This document shows positions 17,435 to 25,899 of a stretch of DNA of 64,000 nucleotides, piece after piece. The notes under the pieces are model-generated. The model was not told the DNA's origin. It ran no database searches and was given only the letters and a program-made list of their open reading frames with translations. Source of the stretch: Micrococcales bacterium (GTDB lineage Bacteria > Actinomycetota > Actinomycetes > Actinomycetales > Microbacteriaceae); NCBI GenBank assembly GCA_947452985.1, contig CANGEU010000003.1, positions 34,284-98,283 of the forward strand. The letters run 5' to 3'. The position numbers and the translations under genes were made by a program. Position 1 is the stretch's first letter. Every line of letters begins with the position of its first letter.

Positions 17435-17872
17435 ATGGCAGAAACTTACCGAACAACCGTGATTGGTCATGGCAACCACGCAGCCCTTGAGATTCCCGAC
17501 GAGGTCCTGAAAGCTCTGGGCACCAACAAGCGGGCGCCGCTAAAGGTGACCATCAACGGCTACGCCTTTCAAACCACAGCAACCGGCGTGGACGGCAAGT
17601 GCATGATCCCTTTCGCCATGAAAGATCGTGACGGCTCAAAGACCAAGGCCGACGACGAGATTCAGGTGACAGTTGAACTGGACAGCGGTCGCCGCGAAGT
17701 GGACATGCATCCTGAACTAGTTCAGGCATTGAAGAAGGCCAAGCTCTTCGAGGCCTTTGAAGCACTGACCTATTCGAAGCGCAAAGAATTCGCAAGACAG
17801 GTGAACGAAGCGAGGACTGATGAAACCCGTGAGCGTCGAATTCAAAAAGCGCTAGAGAGCCTAAGCTCGTGA
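17435..17872 (+). CDS. DUF1905 plus YdeI/OmpD-associated domain protein
   Basis: 145 aa. N-terminal ...ALEIPDEVLKALGTNKRAPLKVTINGYAF.. and C-terminal ..LTYSKRKEFARQVNEARTDETRERRIQKAL.. are typical of the family. Confidence 0.7.
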   Translation: MAETYRTTVIGHGNHAALEIPDEVLKALGTNKRAPLKVTINGYAFQTTATGVDGKCMIPFAMKDRDGSKTKADDEIQVTVELDSGRREVDMHPELVQALKKAKLFEAFEALTYSKRKEFARQVNEARTDETRERRIQKALESLSS

Positions 17873-18210
17873 CCCACAGAATCTTTGATATGCCCTTCTC
17901 AACCGTCTACCCGCTTTACGTTAAGAAGGTCGAACGCAAAGGGTAATCAGAAGCCGATCTATTGATGGTGATCTCCTGGCTTACTGGCTCCTCAAACAAA
18001 GAACTTACGAAGCTTGCACAAGATCAGACCACTTTCCGCGAGTTCTTCGACAAGGCACACCTAAACCCAAACGCATCTCTAATTACCGGAGTCATCTGTG
18101 GAATGAGAGTTGAGAATATCGAGGACCCGCTCATGCAGAAGATCCGATACATGGACAAAGTCGTGGATGAACTTGCGACCGGTAGGACGCTCGAAAAGAT
18201 CCTTCGATAA
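17869..18210 (+). pseudogene. DUF2200-family gene interrupted by one in-frame TAA (17944..17946)
   Basis: The GTG at 17869 gives VTHRIFDMPFSTVYPLYVKKVERKG-TAA-SEADLLMVISWLTG...GVICGMRVENIEDPLMQKIRYMDKVVDELATGRTLEKILR. Both halves lie in the same frame (17962-17869=93). Together they match the remembered DUF2200 consensus (...FSKVYPLY..KAERKGRTKEEV...WLTGY...GVVCGVRVEDIE.P.M..IRYLDKL.DELAKGK.MEKILR). Confidence 0.65.
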
Positions 18211-18373
18211 TCCCGACAAACAATGCGTGCGGTAGGTGTCTAAGAACAACTATTCGCGAACTCAGGTAGATCAGCCGTAACCGGATACCGATTGGAATGA
18301 GAGATTGCGGTTTCGGCCATTTGTAATATTTGCAAACATCTAATAAGTATGATTGTAAAAACAAGGGGGTTAA

Positions 18374-19435
18374 ATGTTTCGAATTTTCAAGATTACTCTC
18401 GTCATTGGGGTGATCACGGGCCTAGGAGTGCCTGCAACTGCGGGAACTCAAACTCAAGCGATAAGCGCATTTGAAAAACATGTACTAGAACTGACTGCAA
18501 ACGCAGCCAGGGACTCGCAAAAAGTCTTGAAGGGAACGGGCACCTACCAGCGGACTGTGGGAAAATCATACGTTGCTGATCCTGATAACAATTGGCGTAT
18601 TGATACACCCGAGGATCCGAAAGATCCAATCACGATTAGTAACAAAGTTGGGATGTTTGCCATCCGAATCCGGCACGAGGATAGCTTCATAAAGTCCTTT
18701 TCGATGACTACTGGGCCTTTGACATACCTATTCCAGGGTGGGCATTTCACTAGCCCTATAATCAAGCAAGATGGATCCTTGCAAATAGTCTCGGAAATCC
18801 AAAATCCGCAAGCGAGTAGCAATTTGATTTACGAATTCAACTTGCCACACTCGATGCGCCTAGTCTCTGACATTGACAGCGGTCTTATCTTAATCGTCGA
18901 CGCGGCGGGGGCTATGGTCGGAGGAATTGCCCCCGCTTGGGCGATTGACGCTGACGGCAAGCAGGTAAAAAGTTGGTACGAACTCCACGGGAACACTGTT
19001 TCTCAGAAGATTGATACAACGATGTCTGGAATTACCTATCCGATAATCGCGGACCCATGGCTGGGTTTTGACTTGATCAGCAAGTCAACTTGGGCCGCTA
19101 CCCTCAACCCACCAGATAAATACGCTCCAACACTCAATGTCTATCCTTCAGAATGGGGGCGCGTAGTTGCAGCCGCAACAACCTTCCCCCTAGGGGATCT
19201 AACCAAGATCGCATTGGACTCCATGGCCGTTAGAGCGGGCTGGGATGAAACCCTAGCTAAAACAGCCAAAAGTGCAACTAGGAACCCGAATACACAATCT
19301 ATGTACCACCAATTTGAGTGCCACTTCTTCTATGTGAGTAAGCGAGCCCCCAACAAAGTAAGTTGGAATTTAGACTTGAAACGTCGCGACGCAAACTTTG
19401 TTGACCAGGCTCTCAATAACTGCAACATGCCATAG
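18374..19435 (+). CDS. secreted hypothetical protein (C-terminal part DUF2599-like)
   Basis: 353 aa with signal peptide MFRIFKITLVIGVITGLGVPATAGTQTQA. APAWAIDADGKQV...YPIIADPW and SMYHQFECHFFYV...WNLDLKRRD resemble motifs I associate with DUF2599 proteins. AT-richer DNA. Confidence 0.6.
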   Translation: MFRIFKITLVIGVITGLGVPATAGTQTQAISAFEKHVLELTANAARDSQKVLKGTGTYQRTVGKSYVADPDNNWRIDTPEDPKDPITISNKVGMFAIRIRHEDSFIKSFSMTTGPLTYLFQGGHFTSPIIKQDGSLQIVSEIQNPQASSNLIYEFNLPHSMRLVSDIDSGLILIVDAAGAMVGGIAPAWAIDADGKQVKSWYELHGNTVSQKIDTTMSGITYPIIADPWLGFDLISKSTWAATLNPPDKYAPTLNVYPSEWGRVVAAATTFPLGDLTKIALDSMAVRAGWDETLAKTAKSATRNPNTQSMYHQFECHFFYVSKRAPNKVSWNLDLKRRDANFVDQALNNCNMP

Positions 19436-19466
19436 CCGGCGGTAAAGCGGATTGAAATTTTTTAAT

Positions 19467-19838
19467 ATGAAACTCAAGGTTGGCGCAATTTTGCTTGCCC
19501 TAGTTACGACAATGCTTTGGTACACCTTGTGGGGTATTACAAATGAGATAAACAACGAGTACGTTACTTCAGTCGAAGAATCTCGTGATTTCAACCCATC
19601 TGATGGGTTGGTTATGAAAGAACTTCTGTTATCAATAGGGCTTTACCTAGTCTCCGCTTGGATGATAGTTACCTTCAAAAAACTTGGCGATTCCTCGTTT
19701 AACAGGAACCTAGGAGTTTGGACTCACTCTTTGGCGATTACCCTTATTGCACTCTCCCCACTAGTTGGGCTGTTTGCCATTCCACCAGTTGCATTCCTCC
19801 TAGTACTTCCATTTCTAAAGAAACAAAGATCTAGATAA
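19467..19838 (+). CDS. small membrane protein (about 4 TM), function unknown
   Basis: The ORF track starts at the TTG at 19452. The ATG at 19467 (MKLKVGAILLALV...) is more plausible. It lies 32 nt after the secreted protein gene. Confidence 0.5.
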   Translation: MKLKVGAILLALVTTMLWYTLWGITNEINNEYVTSVEESRDFNPSDGLVMKELLLSIGLYLVSAWMIVTFKKLGDSSFNRNLGVWTHSLAITLIALSPLVGLFAIPPVAFLLVLPFLKKQRSR

Positions 19839-19939
19839 CTGCGCCGGGCCGGGTTGGCGCCATCCGAGCCTGATCGCATTGATACGCAGGACAAACATTG
19901 TGATGGCGCAAGTCAAGGTGGCGATTGTTGGATCGAACT

Positions 19940-20150
19940 GGAAGTGCCCGAGGAGCCGGATGAAGAACCTGCCAACGACGAGTTACAAGAGGCTCTGCAC
20001 GAAATTCACAGGAATGATTAAGGGCCGCCGCAGTCTGCGAACTCCTAAAGGATCTGGACGAAGGAATTCAGAAAGTGCGCTACAACTTCATAAAGATGAT
20101 CGAACGAGCCATTTCACCCTCGTGTACTGGCGCTCAAAAATCGGCACAAC
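19940..20150 (+). pseudogene. decayed 3' remnant of a second tryptophan 2,3-dioxygenase (kynA-like) gene
   Basis: The first frame reads VPEEPDEEPANDELQEALHEIHRND-TAA (stop 20019..20021). After a 1-nt frame change, from 20024, it reads AAAVCELLKDLDEGIQKVRYNFIKMIERAISPSCTGAQKSA. The intact kynA has VPKELLNRDVTKPYEANEELQEVLLTLHRKDQDAAAVCERLLDLDEGLQEWRYRHVKMVERTIGRKMGTGGSAG. Confidence 0.75.
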
Positions 20151-20320
20151 GAATTGCGATGCCCTTTAGTTGTGCAGGTGGGGAGCTTCCAAGTGGCAGG
20201 CTCAGATGTAGCTTTACAGGGTGCCGCTTAGCATTTGACATCCGTCCCAAAGGTTTACTGCCTCACAATCAAACCACTTCGATAGTGTTTCTACTACATA
20301 TTAGAACTACTTAATGAAAA

Positions 20321-20364
20321 CTATTTTCGTCATTAAAGGTTGTATTGCTGTCTATTTTCGTCAT
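20321..20364 (+). promoter_or_regulatory. two 13-bp direct repeats (CTATTTTCGTCAT) upstream of hipB; candidate operator/promoter
   Basis: Exact copies at 20321..20333 and 20352..20364, with starts 31 bp apart. The second copy overlaps a CATAAT -10-like hexamer 7 nt before the hipB ATG region. Confidence 0.45.
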
Positions 20365-20373
20365 AATAGATTC

Positions 20374-20682
20374 ATGGCACATATAACATTCAGATCCGCT
20401 TCAGATCTCACAGAATTCGGTCTAGCTATTCGCAGATGGCGCACGATCCGCAGCCTTACAGCAAGCCAGGTAGCGGAACGTGCTGACATAAGCAGAGACA
20501 CCTTACGTTCAATTGAAAAAGGAACAGGTGCGCCATCGTTAGCTGCAGTATTTGCAGTACTGGAAGTACTAGGGCTTCAAGGGTCCCTTAATAAAGAAAT
20601 TGATCCACTCAAGTCAGCAATCGGCCGAGACCGAGCCCACCTTCTAAATAAGGAAAGAGTACGAACAAGTGCGCGCCGTTGA
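20374..20682 (+). CDS. hipB: XRE-family HTH antitoxin (HipB-like)
   Basis: HTH segment FGLAIRRWRTIRSLTASQVAERADISRDTLRSIEKG. Start placed at the ATG at 20374 (MAHITFRS) rather than the track start at 20314, which lies inside the repeat/promoter region. Overlaps hipA by 14 nt. Confidence 0.75.
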   Translation: MAHITFRSASDLTEFGLAIRRWRTIRSLTASQVAERADISRDTLRSIEKGTGAPSLAAVFAVLEVLGLQGSLNKEIDPLKSAIGRDRAHLLNKERVRTSARR

Positions 20683-21910
20683 AGTCTGGCTTTCTACCAC
20701 TGAAGGAGACGATGTAAAGGTTGGTGTTCTGAGAGAAATACTTCCTAAAAATTACTATTTACCGACCCTAGATTTCACTTACGACATTGAATATCGCCGA
20801 AGTGAGAGAGGTTTTGCTCTAAGTTCAGACATGCCTTTGGTAGATGGATCAATTGAACTGTCAAATGACAGAAAAATGTTTGCAGGTTTAGCTGATTCCC
20901 TCCCCGACGACTGGGGCCACCGACTGATAAAAGCTCAACATGTTCAAAACTGCCGACAACTTGGGATAGCAATAACAAGTCTCAGGGAGTTTGATTTTCT
21001 GCTAAATCAAAGCGATGCAGCAAGAATCGGTGCCTTGCGTTTTAGAAATGAGAAATCCAAGGATTTCTTACAACCAATAAGTGATAGCACAAGCACCATC
21101 GAAGAAGTAATCAATGCGGCAATTCGGTTTGATGAGGACGATGCAACTTCTTCCGATATACAGATACTTGGAGGACTAAGTTCACCCCTAGGAGGAGTGC
21201 GGCCAAAGATTACGGAATTCCAAGCTGGGCAACCGCCAAGAATTGTCAAACTTTGGCGTGACCTCGATCGCGGGCTCGATGTCGAAGCCTGGGAAGCTGT
21301 GGCTCTGGGAATGGCCGCCGATTTTGGGATGAACGTACCCACTTATGAACATAAACGCTATAGCTCAACCAAGTCAGTGCTTTTTCTCGATCGCTTTGAT
21401 CGATCAGAGAATGGCCGCATTGCCTACCAAAGCATGAAATCAGCTTTGGGGTTCAGTGGGGATTCAGGCCGAATTTTTTCCTATCAAGAAATGGCTGAGT
21501 TTGTCGCCTTTCACTGCGATGATTCAACGCAGCAGCTTCAACAACTTTTCCGAAAAGCGGCCCTTTCCATTGCGATAAATGACATTGATGACCATCCCCG
21601 AAACCTTGGATTTATTCGAGAGACGCATGGTTGGGTATTAGCGCCATTTTTCGACATGAACCCAGGGCATCCTGACTCATCGGAAAGCTCTGCAACTTGG
21701 ATTACAAGAAATAATGACAGAAGCGCTAGGCATAACTTCTCAAATCTCATCGACGATTGCAAAAGTTACAGGCTAACAAAACTAGCAGCACGAACTATCG
21801 TCGACGAAATTATCGATATTTCGAGCACGTGGCGTGAACGAGCTCAAGCATCTGGAATAAGCGACAAGTCGATTGCAAGATATGAAGACTCATTTATCAA
21901 ATCGGATTGA
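20669..21910 (+). CDS. hipA: HipA-family serine/threonine kinase toxin
   Basis: 413 aa. The N-terminal HipA coupling domain has GGLSSPLGGVRPK (the GaQxK-type loop). The C-terminal catalytic motif is INDIDDHPRNLGF (DxHxxN). Confidence 0.85.
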   Translation: MRAVEVWLSTTEGDDVKVGVLREILPKNYYLPTLDFTYDIEYRRSERGFALSSDMPLVDGSIELSNDRKMFAGLADSLPDDWGHRLIKAQHVQNCRQLGIAITSLREFDFLLNQSDAARIGALRFRNEKSKDFLQPISDSTSTIEEVINAAIRFDEDDATSSDIQILGGLSSPLGGVRPKITEFQAGQPPRIVKLWRDLDRGLDVEAWEAVALGMAADFGMNVPTYEHKRYSSTKSVLFLDRFDRSENGRIAYQSMKSALGFSGDSGRIFSYQEMAEFVAFHCDDSTQQLQQLFRKAALSIAINDIDDHPRNLGFIRETHGWVLAPFFDMNPGHPDSSESSATWITRNNDRSARHNFSNLIDDCKSYRLTKLAARTIVDEIIDISSTWRERAQASGISDKSIARYEDSFIKSD

Positions 21911-21928
21911 TTTTCCCAAAAAGTCTCA

Positions 21929-22561
21929 CTAATTTCGCCAGGACGGCAGTTTCCAGCCGAGTTTCATGGCAAGGATGCGGGCGGCGATGATGGTTAGGGC
22001 TCCGGCTAGGGCAGAGTAGTTGCTGTCGAGGCCTAGGTATTGGAGGAGCCAGATGAATAGGCCGCCAACAAAGGCTAGGGAGGCGTAGAGCTGGTGGTCG
22101 TTTACTAGGCCTGGGATTTCGGCTACAAGTACGTCTCTGATGAGTCCACCGAATGCGGCGGTGATTACGCCCATGATGCTGGCGATTAGGGCTGAATGGC
22201 CCATGTCTAGTGCGATTTGGGTGCCAAGTGCTGCGAAGACGCCGAGGCCAATGGCGTCTGGCCAGTCGATAGCGCGGGCGTTGAGTTCGATGTTTCTGGC
22301 TTTGACGAAGAACTGGATGAGGATGGCAGCGCCGGCTAGTAGCCAGATCCAGATTTCGTTCTGGATCCAGAAGAGTGGTGCTCGGTCGAGCAGGATGTCG
22401 CGCAGGGTTCCGCCACCGAAGGCCGTGACCAGGACGAGCAGGATTACTCCAACCATGTCTAGCTTTTTTCTGGCAGCGGCGATTAGGCCTGATGCGCCAA
22501 AGGCAAGAGTTCCGATGATCTCGAGAATCTGCAGGGTTTGGTTAGCGATGTCGTTTTGCAT
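21929..22561 (-). CDS. UPF0126 / TRIC-type membrane protein (family also named glycine transporter)
   Basis: Start at the ATG at 22561 ([11 protein letters not shown]...), sharing 1 nt with the folD stop (TAATG). Two internal repeats carry GGGTLRDILL and FGGLIRDVLV. The track start at 22759 runs into folD. Confidence 0.8.
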   Translation of the reverse strand: MQNDIANQTLQILEIIGTLAFGASGLIAAARKKLDMVGVILLVLVTAFGGGTLRDILLDRAPLFWIQNEIWIWLLAGAAILIQFFVKARNIELNARAIDWPDAIGLGVFAALGTQIALDMGHSALIASIMGVITAAFGGLIRDVLVAEIPGLVNDHQLYASLAFVGGLFIWLLQYLGLDSNYSALAGALTIIAARILAMKLGWKLPSWRN

Positions 22562-23430
22562 TAGCGGCTGGCTGCGTCCACTACGTTTTTGACCAGCATG
22601 GCGCGGGTCATTGGGCCTACTCCGCCGGGGTTTGGGGAAAGGTATTTGGCTACGTTGGCTACATCCGGGTGAACGTCGCCGAGGAGTACTGATGTTCCGT
22701 CGTTGTTCTGGTGTCTTGTAATTCCAACATCCAGGACGGCTGCACCCTCTTTGATCCATTCCGGCTGAACGAAGTGAGCCACACCAACAGCTGCAACCAC
22801 GATGTCGGCGCGTTTGATGATGTGATGAGGGTCCTGGGTGTTCGAGTGAACGAGAGTGACCGTGGAGTCGATGCCCTTTCGGCTCATAAGCAAGCCCAGC
22901 GGACGACCGACCGTGATACCGCGGCCGATGATGGCAACCTCGGCGCCCTTGGTTGGAATTTCGTAACGCTTCAGTAGCTCAACGATTCCGGCCGGGGTGC
23001 AAGGAAGTGGTGAGTTGAGCTCTTGGTTCACTCCAAGTACGAGCTTGCCTAAGTTGATTGGGTGAAGGCCGTCGGCGTCTTTGGCTGGGTCGATCAGTTC
23101 CAACATTTCGTTGGTGTCGATGCCAAACGGAAGCGGTAGTTGGATGATGTAGCCGGTGACATCCTTGGCGTCGTTCAAGTCTTTGATTGCAGCCTTGATG
23201 TCGTTGGTGGTTGCGGTGCTTGGGAGGTCGATTCGTATGCTGTTGACGCCAACCTCGGCGCAGTCGCGGTGTTTACCGCCAACGTACTGATGGCTGCCTG
23301 GGTCGTCTCCTACTAGGAGCGTGCCAAGGCCAGGGTGAATGTCGTGTTGCTTGAGTTTGATGACACGTTCCGCGAGTTCGGCTTTGATGGCCTTCGCGGT
23401 TGCGAGGCCGTCGAGCTTAATCGCGGTCAA
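22561..23430 (-). CDS. folD: bifunctional methylenetetrahydrofolate dehydrogenase / methenyl-THF cyclohydrolase
   Basis: 289 aa. Typical FolD sequence ([13 protein letters not shown]..., [21 protein letters not shown]). Confidence 0.95.
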   Translation of the reverse strand: MTAIKLDGLATAKAIKAELAERVIKLKQHDIHPGLGTLLVGDDPGSHQYVGGKHRDCAEVGVNSIRIDLPSTATTNDIKAAIKDLNDAKDVTGYIIQLPLPFGIDTNEMLELIDPAKDADGLHPINLGKLVLGVNQELNSPLPCTPAGIVELLKRYEIPTKGAEVAIIGRGITVGRPLGLLMSRKGIDSTVTLVHSNTQDPHHIIKRADIVVAAVGVAHFVQPEWIKEGAAVLDVGITRHQNNDGTSVLLGDVHPDVANVAKYLSPNPGGVGPMTRAMLVKNVVDAASR

Positions 23431-23433
23431 GTT

Positions 23434-24708
23434 TTACCAGTTCTCGAGGTTTGGGTAAAGCGGGAAGGCGTCGGCTAGCTTCTGGACTCTCGCTTTTAGA
23501 GCGGCGATGTCAGGGTTTGGCTTTAGAACGCTTGCGATGACCTCGGCAACTTCGGAGAACTCCGCCTTGCCGAAGCCACGGGTGGCGAGGGCTGGGGTTC
23601 CGATGCGAACACCGGAAGTAACCATTGGAGGGCGAGGGTCGTTTGGTACCGAGTTGCGGTTCACGGTGATCTGAACGTCGTGGAGCAGGTTCTCGGCGGT
23701 CTGGCCGTCGATGACAGCGTTGCGAAGGTCAACTAGAACTAGGTGAACCTCGGTGCCGCCGGTTAGTACCTGAACGCCTTCGACCTTCATGTCGTCTTGG
23801 TTTAGGCGGTCGGCGATGATTGCCGCACCTTCAAGGGTTCGCTTCTGGCGGTTTTTGAAGTCGTCTGACATGGCGGCCTTGAACGCAACAGCCTTGGCGG
23901 CGATTACGTGCATGAGTGGTCCACCCTGCTGACCTGGGAACACGGCGGAGTCGATCTTCTTGGCGAACTCTTCTTTGCAAAGGATTAGGCCCGAACGAGG
24001 ACCCGCAAGGGTCTTGTGAACGGTGGTTGAAACTACGTCTGCGTAAGGCACTGGGTTCGGGTGAATGCCAGCTGCAACTAGACCTGCGAAGTGAGCCATG
24101 TCGACCCAAAGCTTGGCACCAACTTCGTCGGCGATCTTGCGGAATTCGGCGAAGTCTAGGTGGCGGGCGTAAGCCGACCAACCGGCGATGATGACCGCAG
24201 GCTTTACTTCGTGAGCGCGAGCGCGAACGATGTCCATGTCGATTAGGAAGGTGTCTGGGTTTAGTTCGTAAGAGTGAGCTTCGTACATCTTGCCCGAGAA
24301 GTTAAGGCGCATGCCGTGGGTTAGGTGACCACCGTGAGCAAGTTCTAGACCGAGGATTCGGTCGCCTGGGTTGGCTAGTGCCATTAGCACTGCCGCGTTA
24401 GCGCTAGCACCCGAGTGAGGCTGAACGTTTGCGTGCTCGGCACCGAATAGCTGCTTAGCGCGGGTGCGGGCTAGTTCTTCGGCTACGTCGACTACTTCAC
24501 AACCACCGTAGTAACGCTTGCCTGGGTAACCTTCGGCGTACTTGTTGGTTAGCACCGACCCCTGTGCTTCCAGGACGCTGCGAGACACGAAGTTCTCGGA
24601 CGCAATCATTTCGAGGAAGTTTCGCTGGCGATCTAGCTCACCCTGGAGGACTGCAGCGATTTCTGGGTCGGTCTCGCTCAATGGAGCGGTAAATGAGGTT
24701 GGAAGCAT
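23434..24708 (-). CDS. glyA: serine hydroxymethyltransferase
   Basis: 424 aa. [12 protein letters not shown]-lysine context [13 protein letters not shown]. Confidence 0.95.
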   Translation of the reverse strand: MLPTSFTAPLSETDPEIAAVLQGELDRQRNFLEMIASENFVSRSVLEAQGSVLTNKYAEGYPGKRYYGGCEVVDVAEELARTRAKQLFGAEHANVQPHSGASANAAVLMALANPGDRILGLELAHGGHLTHGMRLNFSGKMYEAHSYELNPDTFLIDMDIVRARAHEVKPAVIIAGWSAYARHLDFAEFRKIADEVGAKLWVDMAHFAGLVAAGIHPNPVPYADVVSTTVHKTLAGPRSGLILCKEEFAKKIDSAVFPGQQGGPLMHVIAAKAVAFKAAMSDDFKNRQKRTLEGAAIIADRLNQDDMKVEGVQVLTGGTEVHLVLVDLRNAVIDGQTAENLLHDVQITVNRNSVPNDPRPPMVTSGVRIGTPALATRGFGKAEFSEVAEVIASVLKPNPDIAALKARVQKLADAFPLYPNLENW

Positions 24709-24890
24709 GGTCCAATTCTAGCAATCTGGCGGGGTTGCTAACGTTTAGGCGCATTTTGTTCGCAAAAACTAACACCGTAAGAATTGTTCGGTATTATGAA
24801 CAAGTGGACTTAGGGTCCAAATGTGGCTTTACTTTGTAAAGTTAAGTAAGCCGCTACACGGGGGTTCGAAATCAATTTGAAGGATTTGCA

Positions 24891-25019
24891 ATGCCAGTTC
24901 CAGTGATCATCGGGATAGCCCTGATTACCCTAGGTTTTGGCTTGGCCGTCTACATTGTGATTGCCACCATTCGCGATCGCCAGCAAGTTCGTCCACTAAA
25001 CATCGACGAAGACCAGTAA
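24891..25019 (+). CDS. possible 42-aa single-TM mini-protein (not in the ORF track)
   Basis: AAGGA lies 9 nt before the ATG. It reads MPVPVIIGIALITLGFGLAVYIVIATIRDRQQVRPLNIDEDQ* and ends 21 nt before purU. Confidence 0.35.
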   Translation: MPVPVIIGIALITLGFGLAVYIVIATIRDRQQVRPLNIDEDQ

Positions 25020-25040
25020 CCCTCGTTTAAGATTGGCTCT

Positions 25041-25898
25041 ATGACCGAAAAGGCGAGCCACTGGGTACTTACCCTCATTTGTGAAGACCAACCAGGAATC
25101 GTTCACGCGATTTCCGGGGCTGTTGTTGCCGCCAAGGGAAACATCACCGAGTCGTCGCAGTTCTCTTCCGAAGGCTCTGGTCGCTTCTTCATGCGTCTAC
25201 AAATTGAGGCCGACACCACGCGCGCTGCTTTCGAAGCGGAACTCAAGCCGGTAATTGCTAAATACTCTATGACCTGGGAGCTCGACGAAGTTGGCCGCCC
25301 GCTCAAGACCTTGGTTTTGGTTTCAAAGAGCGCGCACTGCCTGAACGACATTCTGTTCCGTCAGCGCTCTGGTCAGCTTCCGGTCGCGATTCCTGCCGTT
25401 TTCGGAAACCACTCAGACCTGGCTTCTCTGGCCGAGTTCTATTCGGTGCCGTTTGAGACCCACGAAATCGTTTCTTCAGAAACCAAGGCAGCGTTCGAGC
25501 ACATGCTGCGCGATTACATCAAGGCAGCTGGAATCGAGCTAATCGTTCTCGCTCGCTTCATGCAGATCCTCTCCCCTGAATTCGTTTCCGAGTTCGAGGG
25601 TCGAATCATAAACATTCACCACTCGTTCCTGCCAGGCTTCAAGGGTGCCAACCCTTATGGCCAGGCGCACGCTCGCGGCGTGAAGCTAATTGGTGCCACC
25701 GCGCATTTCGTAACCGCCGACCTCGACGAAGGTCCGATCATTGAGCAAAACGTGATTCGCGTTACCCATGGCCACTCGAAAACCGAACTGGTTTCGATGG
25801 GTCAAGACGTTGAATCGAAGACTCTCACCCAGGCGATTCACTGGTTTGCCGAGCACCGCGTTCTCCTGGACGGCGACCGTACGGTTATCTTCGAATAA
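25041..25898 (+). CDS. purU: formyltetrahydrofolate deformylase
   Basis: 285 aa. N-terminal ACT domain and a formyltransferase core INIHHSFLPGFKGANPY. Confidence 0.9.
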   Translation: MTEKASHWVLTLICEDQPGIVHAISGAVVAAKGNITESSQFSSEGSGRFFMRLQIEADTTRAAFEAELKPVIAKYSMTWELDEVGRPLKTLVLVSKSAHCLNDILFRQRSGQLPVAIPAVFGNHSDLASLAEFYSVPFETHEIVSSETKAAFEHMLRDYIKAAGIELIVLARFMQILSPEFVSEFEGRIINIHHSFLPGFKGANPYGQAHARGVKLIGATAHFVTADLDEGPIIEQNVIRVTHGHSKTELVSMGQDVESKTLTQAIHWFAEHRVLLDGDRTVIFE

Positions 25899-25899
25899 A

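Noticed and set aside
19879-20314. Two + strand ORFs (96 aa and 79 aa) between the membrane protein gene and hipB
   Set aside because: They are fragments or alternative frames of the decayed kynA remnant plus downstream junk. They are not independent genes.
22562-22759. N-terminal 66-aa extension of the UPF0126 ORF in the track
   Set aside because: The extension overlaps the folD coding sequence and is Arg/Pro-rich nonsense. The ATG at 22561 gives a typical N-terminus directly before TM1.
24855-24885. tRNA T-arm-like string ACGGGGGTTCGAAATC in the glyA/purU intergenic region
   Set aside because: The sequence after TTCGAA (ATCAAT) cannot pair with the GGGGG stem. No acceptor, D or anticodon arms are visible. 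It is not a tRNA or a convincing tRNA fragment.
24709-24890. Expected a ZTP (pfl) or other C1-related riboswitch upstream of glyA-folD
   Set aside because: Reading the minus strand, I find neither the ACCGGGCGGA-type core nor the CCGCCTGGGC 3' pseudoknot element. Only a loose CCCGCCAG is present.
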